The position numbers and the translations under genes were made by a program. From an uncultured Clostridia bacterium (GTDB lineage Bacteria; Bacillota; Clostridia; Christensenellales; CAG-138), in assembly GCA_937915455.1 (NCBI GenBank), contig CALDNN010000028.1, forward strand, positions 2,212 to 66,211: a DNA stretch of 64,000 nt, read 5' to 3'. Below are positions 57,745 through 64,000 of the stretch, piece by piece. The notes under the pieces are model-generated. The model had not been told where the DNA came from, ran no database searches, and saw only the letters and a program-made list of their open reading frames with translations. Within the stretch, counting starts at the first letter, position 1. Each line of letters starts with the position of its first letter.

Positions 57745-59535
57745 ATGAAGCTGTTGAAATCTTACGAGTTAAGGGAGCTATATTTGGAGTTTTTCCGGCA
57801 GAAGGGCCACGCCATTATTCCTTCCGCCTCCCTCATTCCGGAAAACGACCCTACCGTACTTTTTACTACGGCGGGCATGCATCCTCTGGTGCCCTATCTC
57901 ATGGGCGCCAAGCACCCGGCGGGCGTGCGGCTGGCGGACGTGCAAAAGTGCGTGCGCACCGGCGATATCGACGAGGTAGGCGACACCTCCCATTGCACCT
58001 TCTTCGAAATGCTGGGCAATTGGTCTTTGGGCGATTATTTCAAAAAAGAGTCCATTGCCTTCTCATGGGAATTCCTCACGGATGAAAAGTGGCTCGGCAT
58101 CGATAAGGACAAGCTTTCCTTCACCTGCTTCGAGGGCGATGCGGATGCGCCCCGCGATACCTTCTCCCACGATTGCTGGGTGAATATGGGCGCGGATCCT
58201 TCCCACATCTACTACCTGGGCAAGCGCCATAACTGGTGGGGCCCGGCCGGCGTAACCGGCCCCTGCGGCCCGGATACCGAGATCTTCTACGATACGGGCA
58301 AGCCCAAGTGCTCCCCGGCTTGTAACCCTTCCTGTTCCTGCGGCAAGTTCCTCGAGATCTGGAACAACGTCTTCATGGAGTACAACAAAAATGCGGATGG
58401 AACCTTCGAGCCCCTCTCCCAGCAAAATGTGGACACCGGCATGGGCCTTGACCGCACCGTTGCCACCCTGCAGGGCGTGGAGAGCGTATACGATACTGAC
58501 GCCTTTACCGGCATCATCGCAGCCATTGCCCGCCTCTGCGGCAAAAGCTACAAAGACGGCGGCGAAACCACTCGCGCCTTCCGCATTGTGGCGGATCATA
58601 TCCGCTGTGCCACCTTTATGCTGGGTGACCCTCGGGGCGTAACGCCCTCCAATGTGGACCAGGGCTACATCCTCCGCCGGCTGATCCGCCGGGCCATCCG
58701 CTACGCCATGCAGCTGGGCATGCCCGAAAGCAGCCTATCCCAGGTGGCGGAAGCCGTTATCGCCCAATACGGCGAGCCCTATCCTGAATTGGTCGAGAAC
58801 CGGGAGAAGGTACTCTCCGAGCTGGCTAAGGAAGAGCAGCGCTTCCAGCGCACGCTCAAGAACGGCATGCGGGAATTCGAACGCATCAAGGGCGGCTTCC
58901 CGGGCGGCGTGATCGACGGCGTTACGGCCTTCCACCTTTACGATACCTTTGGTTTCCCTGTGGAATTTACACAGGAGATGGCCGCCGAAAATGGGCTTAC
59001 GGTTGATCTCGAGGGATTCCATAAGGCCTTTGATGAGCACCAGGAAAAATCTAAAGCCGGCGCGGAGCAGCGCTTCAAGGGCGGCCTGGCGGATACCAGC
59101 GAGCAAACGGCCCGGCTGCACACGGCCACCCACCTGTTGCAGGCGGCGCTGCGCAAAGTTTTGCAGGATGATACCATTAGCCAACGCGGCTCCAACATCA
59201 CGGCAGAGCGCCTGCGCTTCGACTTTAGCTTTGGCCGTAAGCTTACGCCCGAGGAATTGCAGGCTGTAGCGGCCGAGGTGAACCGCTATATCGCGGCTGC
59301 GGCCCCCATCTCTTGTCAAGAGATGACCGTAGACGAGGCCAAGGCGCAGGGCGCTGTGGGCCTCTTTGGCGATAAATATGGCGAGCGCGTCAAGGTATAT
59401 ACCATGGGCGCCTTCTCCAAAGAGATCTGCGGCGGCCCCCACGCCGAAAACACCGCCGATTTGCACCACTTTACCATTAAAAAAGAAGAGGCCAGCAGCG
59501 CGGGCGTGCGCCGCATCAAGGCCGTGTTAGATTGA
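57745..59535 (+). CDS. Alanine--tRNA ligase-like protein, short form (596 aa)
   Basis: AlaRS class-II core strings FTTAGMHP, FFEMLGNWSLGDYFK, IWNNVFMEYN and DTGMGLDR. The C-terminal SAD-type block has HTATHLL and CGGPH. No beta-barrel editing subdomain or C-Ala domain is visible. Confidence 0.8.
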   Translation: MKLLKSYELRELYLEFFRQKGHAIIPSASLIPENDPTVLFTTAGMHPLVPYLMGAKHPAGVRLADVQKCVRTGDIDEVGDTSHCTFFEMLGNWSLGDYFKKESIAFSWEFLTDEKWLGIDKDKLSFTCFEGDADAPRDTFSHDCWVNMGADPSHIYYLGKRHNWWGPAGVTGPCGPDTEIFYDTGKPKCSPACNPSCSCGKFLEIWNNVFMEYNKNADGTFEPLSQQNVDTGMGLDRTVATLQGVESVYDTDAFTGIIAAIARLCGKSYKDGGETTRAFRIVADHIRCATFMLGDPRGVTPSNVDQGYILRRLIRRAIRYAMQLGMPESSLSQVAEAVIAQYGEPYPELVENREKVLSELAKEEQRFQRTLKNGMREFERIKGGFPGGVIDGVTAFHLYDTFGFPVEFTQEMAAENGLTVDLEGFHKAFDEHQEKSKAGAEQRFKGGLADTSEQTARLHTATHLLQAALRKVLQDDTISQRGSNITAERLRFDFSFGRKLTPEELQAVAAEVNRYIAAAAPISCQEMTVDEAKAQGAVGLFGDKYGERVKVYTMGAFSKEICGGPHAENTADLHHFTIKKEEASSAGVRRIKAVLD

Positions 59536-59600
59536 TTTAAACCAACAAGCGGGTGTGGGGCGGCTGATCCGCCCCCATTCTTTGTAACCGAGGAGGAAGA

Positions 59601-60335
59601 ATGGCCCAGGAATACTTTACATACGATTGGCATATGGATGGCGCGCCGGCGCAATTCTTGGTGGATATGGGGCTGAGCGAGGCGGAACTGGCCCAGCGGC
59701 CTTACCTGCTCTATGTACAGGGCAAGAGCCGGGATGGGGAGCTAAGCCCCCGCGAGATGAAACGATTGGACGAGCTGGAAAAGAAATGCCGCAAGAAGCT
59801 GGACGCCATCTTCGCGGGCTCCATCCATACGGCGGAGCGGGGCGTGTTCTTCTTTTACGCCAAAGAGGAAGGCGCGCTAGAAGCGGCCCGCAATATCGCC
59901 GCTAAAGAGAAGCTGCTCCAATGTGCCGCCGGCCTGCGGGAGGAGCCGGAGCGGGCCACCTTCCAAATAATCCTCTATCCGGACGCCGCCCGCCTCTTTA
60001 CAGAGCAAAACCGCAAGCAGCTGCAACTTTTGAAAAAGCATGGCGATACCATAACCGCTTCCCGCCGCATCACTCTGCATGTGTTTTTCCCGGCGGAGCC
60101 GCTGGTGGGCCTTTTTGCCGAGGATGCGCGGGTGAGCGGCTTTGCCGTGGGCGAATATGAATACGAACCCGAGCAGGAGCTGCCTTACGGCGTGGCTCTT
60201 TGCCGGGTTAGCAGCCTGGATAAGGCCGATATCGACGCTATCACCACCCAAGCCATCCGCCTGGCCGCCCGCTACGAGGGCGCGCTGAGCTATTGGAACT
60301 GCCCCATCGTGGGCAAGATATCGCCGTTTCGGTGA
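59601..60335 (+). CDS. DUF695 plus RraB-like (regulator of ribonuclease activity B family) two-domain protein
   Basis: The N-terminal part resembles DUF695 (YLLYV...FFFY). The C-terminal part, ITLHVFFPAE...GFAV, resembles RraB/PF06877. Called by eye. Confidence 0.5.
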   Translation: MAQEYFTYDWHMDGAPAQFLVDMGLSEAELAQRPYLLYVQGKSRDGELSPREMKRLDELEKKCRKKLDAIFAGSIHTAERGVFFFYAKEEGALEAARNIAAKEKLLQCAAGLREEPERATFQIILYPDAARLFTEQNRKQLQLLKKHGDTITASRRITLHVFFPAEPLVGLFAEDARVSGFAVGEYEYEPEQELPYGVALCRVSSLDKADIDAITTQAIRLAARYEGALSYWNCPIVGKISPFR

Positions 60336-60359
60336 TACGATAAAGGGAAAACGCATGGC

Positions 60360-60387
60360 GGGGCGCATCTTGGATGCGCCCCGTTTT
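60360..60387 (+). terminator. Rho-independent terminator
   Basis: GGGGCGCATC-ttg-GATGCGCCCC, followed by GTTTT. Confidence 0.8.
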
Positions 60388-60629
60388 AGATTGCCCCCAA
60401 ATCTCCAGGGGACCGGGCCGCAGCCCCGGAGGCTTAATTCCGGCTTTGACGACATGCGCGTCAAAACGAAGATCGCGTTTGTGCCCCACAGCGGCAAACG
60501 CACCGATCCTTCAAGAATTGGCAGATGCAAGCCACAGGATTTCTTTCCCTTCAGCCTTTCCCGCCCGGGAGCCAAAACGAGAGGGAAAGGCTGTAATCTC
60601 ATGCAAGTGGTCATAGCCACTTGTGTGAC

Positions 60630-61139
60630 TCACTCCACCCCGTATAAGCGCAGCGCCAGCCGTTTGATAAGGCGGGCGCGGTTGCGGCGCACGGTGGCGG
60701 GGTCGCATTGCAGGCGCTCGGCGATATCCACCTCTCGCATGCCCCGCAAGTAGCGCAGCTCGATGGCCGGGTAATAGGGGTCGTCCGCAATGAAGCTCAG
60801 CGCGGCTGCCATGCGCCGCAGCTCCCGCTCGTTGGCTGCCAGGCGGCTGCGCAGGGCCGCCATCTGATCGCCCCGAATATCCTGGGGTGAGCGGGGCAGG
60901 TTCGAGCCGCGGCCCAGCTCCAGCAGCGCGGGCCGCGGCCCCAGCAGCTCTGTCTCGCCGCTTTCTAGGGCCATCAAATCTTCCTTATCATCCTCCACCC
61001 GCTCCCGAATCACGGGCACACGGTAGAGCCGCTGCTCCGTGGCCCGATAAGCCGCCTGGGCAGGCTGCTCCGACGGCGCTCCGTAATGCCGCTCCAGCGC
61101 CTGGGCGGATAGCATGTGATTTTCTAAATTTTGTTCCAT
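60630..61139 (-). CDS. Phage-type sigma-70 region-4-like transcriptional regulator
   Basis: The C-terminus IELRYLRGMREVDIAERLQCDPATVRRNRARLIKRL is a sigma-r4/LuxR-like HTH. The ATG at 61139 has an AAGGAGA SD. The gene is divergent from terL. Confidence 0.65.
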   Translation of the reverse strand: MEQNLENHMLSAQALERHYGAPSEQPAQAAYRATEQRLYRVPVIRERVEDDKEDLMALESGETELLGPRPALLELGRGSNLPRSPQDIRGDQMAALRSRLAANERELRRMAAALSFIADDPYYPAIELRYLRGMREVDIAERLQCDPATVRRNRARLIKRLALRLYGVE

Positions 61140-61375
61140 GATCTCGTCTCCTTGTTCTTCGTTTTTAGGAAGACAGAACAATTGTTCGCGTTTATGGGAT
61201 CATCATACCCGAAGTGTGAAAGGCCGGTCAAGAGCCAAAAACGCCGCAGTACCACAAATGGGATTGAAAAGCAGCAAGTTGCACAAAACACGCCTCTTTT
61301 TTGCACAAGGATTGCGCCAAAGCTGTCCTTTACCTTAGTGCGGCGGGCGAGTATGCTGAAAGGGACAGAACGATT

Positions 61376-62749
61376 GTGCGAGAAGGAGGACATGGGAGAG
61401 ATGGCTTGCAATTGATCTTGAAGGGCCTGCCCAATCCCAGGCAGGCGGAGTTCTTTCAAAGCCGTGCGCGGCACACGGCCTATGGTGGGGCGCGGGGCGG
61501 GGGCAAGAGCTGGGCCATGCGCCGCAAGCTGGTGCTCCTGGCCCTGGATCAGCTGGAGCTGAACATCCTGCTGCTTAGGCGCACCTTGCCGGAGCTTAGG
61601 GAGAACCACCTGGTACCCCTTTTAAAGGAACTGAAGGGCGTGGCGGAATACAACAGCGGGGAGAGGGTGTTCCGCTTCCCCACAGGCAGCCGGTTACGCC
61701 TGGGCTATTGCGATGGCGAAAACGACGTTTATCAATACCAGGGCCAGGAATACGATGTGATCGGCCTGGAGGAGGCCACGCACTTCACGGAGGAGCAGAT
61801 GCGCTTCCTCACCACCTGCAACCGCACGGCCAAGATCGGCGTGCGGCCCCGCATGTATTACACCTGCAACCCCGGCGGGCCTGGGCACGGCTGGGTCAAG
61901 CGGCTCTTCATCGACAGGCGCTACGAGGGCGGCGAGCGAGCCGAGGACTATGCCTTTATCCCAGCCCGGGTGTGGGATAACCCTGTGCTGCTCTCCGCAG
62001 ACCCGGATTATGTGCGCCTTTTGCAGGCCCTGCCTGAGGATCTTCGGCGGGCGCATCTCGACGGGGATTGGGATGTGCTATCCGGCCAGTTCTTCCGTGA
62101 ATTTTCGCGTAACCGCCATGTGACCCCCGCTTTTGATATTCCTGCCTGGTGGAGGCGCTTCCGCTCCATCGACTGGGGCTATAACGACCCCTGTGCCGTG
62201 CTTTGGCACGCGGTGGATGGGGACGGCCGGGTCTATACCTACCGGGAGCTATATGTAAGGGCCATGCGGGCGGATAAGGTGGCGGAGCAGATGCTGGCGC
62301 TATCTAAGGGCGAGGCAATCGCCTACACCGTGGCCTCGCCGGATATGTGGCAAAAGCGCGGGGCCTTGCTCAAGAGCGAGGGCGGCTTTGAGGGGGAGAG
62401 CATCGCGGAGCTATTCGCCCTTTCGGGCGCTCCGCTGACCCCGGCGGATAATTCCCGCGTTGCGGGCTGGCAGCGCCTTAGGGGGTACCTGGGCGAGGGC
62501 GTGGATGGCCTGCCCCGTTGGCAATGCTTCCCCTGCTGCGAAAACCTCATCCGCACCCTGCCGCTGCTGGTATTTGACAAGCATAACCGCGAGGACGCGG
62601 CGCAGGGCGAGGATCACGCCCCGGAATCCCTGCGCTACGCGCTGATGTCCCGCCCGGCCGCCTGCGCGCCGCCCGCGCCCCGCCAGCCCAAGCCCTACGA
62701 CCCCCTGGCCACGGACGGGCCGGGCGAAAAATCATTTTTGACCATATGA
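61376..62749 (+). CDS. Phage terminase large subunit (start codon uncertain)
   Basis: A Walker A-like YGGARGGGKSWA, plus LLLRRT, EEATHF (Walker B/coupling) and the nuclease-half string WGYNDP. No in-frame ATG lies near the N-terminus. Candidate starts are GTG 61376, TTG 61406 and TTG 61412. The track ORF opens at TTG 61301. Confidence 0.85.
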   Translation: MREGGHGRDGLQLILKGLPNPRQAEFFQSRARHTAYGGARGGGKSWAMRRKLVLLALDQLELNILLLRRTLPELRENHLVPLLKELKGVAEYNSGERVFRFPTGSRLRLGYCDGENDVYQYQGQEYDVIGLEEATHFTEEQMRFLTTCNRTAKIGVRPRMYYTCNPGGPGHGWVKRLFIDRRYEGGERAEDYAFIPARVWDNPVLLSADPDYVRLLQALPEDLRRAHLDGDWDVLSGQFFREFSRNRHVTPAFDIPAWWRRFRSIDWGYNDPCAVLWHAVDGDGRVYTYRELYVRAMRADKVAEQMLALSKGEAIAYTVASPDMWQKRGALLKSEGGFEGESIAELFALSGAPLTPADNSRVAGWQRLRGYLGEGVDGLPRWQCFPCCENLIRTLPLLVFDKHNREDAAQGEDHAPESLRYALMSRPAACAPPAPRQPKPYDPLATDGPGEKSFLTI

Positions 62750-62768
62750 ACATAAGGAGGAAAGGCAA

Positions 62769-64000
62769 ATGAACAAAACGAAAACGGCGGAAGCCGCCTA
62801 TGCCCTTTTTGATGAATTCCGCGCCGCCTATGCGGCCGAATGGGAGCGGCTGGCCAGATGCGAGCGCCTCTATCATGGCGACCACTGGCAGGGCGTTCCG
62901 GAAAAGGACGCGGGTGAGCCGCGCCCGGTAACGCCGGTGCTGCATTCCACGGTGGAGAACGTGCGGGCAGACCTGATGGATAGCTTTCCCCAGGCGGTGG
63001 TTACGGCGGACGACCCGTCCTACGCGGCCGTGGCGGAGGTGCTCAGCGCAGCCCTGCAGGAAAACCACCTGCGCTGCGGCTACAGCCGCGAATACGGCCG
63101 CCTGACCCATGACCTGTTGGTGGGCGGCTACATGGTGCAGGAAACGGGCTATGATCCGGCGCTCAACGGCGGCCTGGGCGGGGCCTTCATCCGCCAGGTA
63201 GACCCCCGCTGCATCCTGTTCGACCCGCTGGTGAGCGATTTGCAGGAGGGCCGGGCTGTGTTCAAATTCGCACCCTATCCCCGGGCCTGGTTCGAGAGCC
63301 ATTATCCCAAGGAGGCGCCCGCCATGAAAGCGGATGGCCTGGGCCTGCGCCCCATGCGGGATGCGCTCTTGGCCGCCCGCGATGCGGATACCATCCTGCT
63401 GCTCGAATGCTGGCAGCGGGAATACGACCCGGAAACCGGCCGCCATAGCGTACATATGCAAAAGTTAGGAGGCGGCTTGCTGCTTGAGGATAGCAGGCAG
63501 CAAAAGCCCCAGGGCTATTTTGCCCACGGGGAATATCCGTTTAGCGTGACCGCGCTCTATCCCCGTAAGGGGAGCTGCCTGGGCTACGGCTTGATCGATA
63601 TGTTTGAAAAGGCCCAGCTATATTCGGACAAGCTCGATCAGATCCTGCTCAAAAACGCGCTCATGGCTTCGCACAACAAGCTGCTGGTCACCGGGGCTAG
63701 CGGCTTCGACGTGGAGGATCTACGGGATTGGAGCAAGGAGGTGCACAAGGGTGAAAACCTCAACGGCGTTACCTGGTTCCCCACGGCCCCCCTGCCCGCG
63801 TATCTTGTGGGCTATGTGCAATCCATAAGGGAGAGCATCAAGCAGGAGAGCGGTTCCAACGACTTCTCGCGGGGCAATGTGAGCGGCGGCGTTACGGCTG
63901 CCTCGGCCATCGCCGCCCTGCAGGAGATGAGCAGCAAGCGGAGCCGCCTGGCCGCCCGCGCCGTACACGACGCCTTTGAGGCAGCTGTGCGCCAGGAGAT
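62769..64000 (+). CDS. Phage portal protein (3' end runs off the window)
   Basis: The ATG at 62769 follows the TAAGGAGGAAAGG SD, 20 nt after the terL stop. The frame translated by hand is open to the window end. The position and the strings LYHGDHW and QES...DFSRGN fit portal proteins. It is not in the supplied track because it has no stop. Confidence 0.75.
   Translation, partial: MNKTKTAEAAYALFDEFRAAYAAEWERLARCERLYHGDHWQGVPEKDAGEPRPVTPVLHSTVENVRADLMDSFPQAVVTADDPSYAAVAEVLSAALQENHLRCGYSREYGRLTHDLLVGGYMVQETGYDPALNGGLGGAFIRQVDPRCILFDPLVSDLQEGRAVFKFAPYPRAWFESHYPKEAPAMKADGLGLRPMRDALLAARDADTILLLECWQREYDPETGRHSVHMQKLGGGLLLEDSRQQKPQGYFAHGEYPFSVTALYPRKGSCLGYGLIDMFEKAQLYSDKLDQILLKNALMASHNKLLVTGASGFDVEDLRDWSKEVHKGENLNGVTWFPTAPLPAYLVGYVQSIRESIKQESGSNDFSRGNVSGGVTAASAIAALQEMSSKRSRLAARAVHDAFEAAVRQE

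Larger units (their letters stand above)
60630..64000. mobile_element. Left part of a prophage or phage-derived element (regulator, terL, portal), continuing beyond the window
   Basis: Three phage-type genes lie directly after host genes and a strong terminator at 60360-60387. No integrase is visible on this side. Confidence 0.6.

Noticed and set aside
60355-60753. A 132-aa plus-strand ORF between the DUF695 gene and the phage regulator
   Set aside because: It starts inside, and reads straight through, a strong rho-independent terminator (60360-60387). It then overlaps the 3' end of the sigma-like gene antisense. It has no SD and an Arg/Pro-rich composition.
61131-61415. A 94-aa (73 aa from ATG 61194) ORF upstream of terL, considered as a small terminase
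   Set aside because: It is not listed as a gene. It has no SD before either start, it overlaps the divergent regulator's start, and it shows no HTH or other terS-like pattern that I can see. It is kept only as a hypothesis in the terL 5'-region finding.
1-64000. CRISPR arrays, rRNA genes, IS elements/transposases and integrases
   Set aside because: No regularly spaced repeats, no rRNA-like sequence and no DDE or tyrosine/serine recombinase-like ORFs were seen on either strand while reading the window.

Overview
The window is chromosomal DNA from a high-GC, spore-forming Firmicute, probably Clostridia. This is supported by spoIIR, sleB-ypeB, tilS-hpt, a class 3 FBPase and a PPi-type PFK. Gene density is high, and most long antisense ORFs in the track are GC-driven shadow ORFs.

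Layout:
- 1-19.3 kb: core genes. These are a DUF1846 protein, a MerR regulator, a tightly packed peptidase operon (M19 dipeptidase, three tandem M42 peptidases, M24 Xaa-Pro aminopeptidase) ending in nadE, divergent pfp and fbp, an NlpC/P60 hydrolase, a metallophosphoesterase lipoprotein, lepB, hpt-tilS and ychF.
- 19.4-28.8 kb: a visibly lower-GC sugar-utilisation island. It holds an MFS transporter, a GATase1-like protein, a single-NBD CUT2-type ABC transporter, a ribulokinase-like FGGY kinase, a DMT transporter and a SorC regulator.
- 28.8-30.0 kb: a very AT-rich pocket with two small uncharacterised helical ORFs that share a motif. It is bracketed by hairpin terminators and a GC-rich multi-hairpin element.
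- 30.1-33.8 kb: a MacAB-type HlyD/ABC/FtsX exporter.
- 33.8-35.3 kb: an AT-rich patch with a start-less XRE gene and a SLOG/YpsA (DUF1273) gene, abutting tRNA-Thr(GGT).
- 35.3-60.4 kb: housekeeping genes, including murC, ispE, spoIIR, sleB, ypeB, clpB behind a CIRCE operator, feoAB, hflKC, a RimK-like ligase and a short AlaRS-like protein.
- 60.6-64.0 kb: the start of a phage-like packaging module, with a sigma-r4-like regulator, terminase large subunit and portal.

No CRISPR array, rRNA, transposase or integrase was seen. The best candidates for something undescribed are the two-ORF AT-rich cassette upstream of the exporter, the XRE/SLOG remnant at the tRNA, and the integrase-less, terS-less phage module edge. 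All functional calls come from motif recognition by eye and no database search was run.
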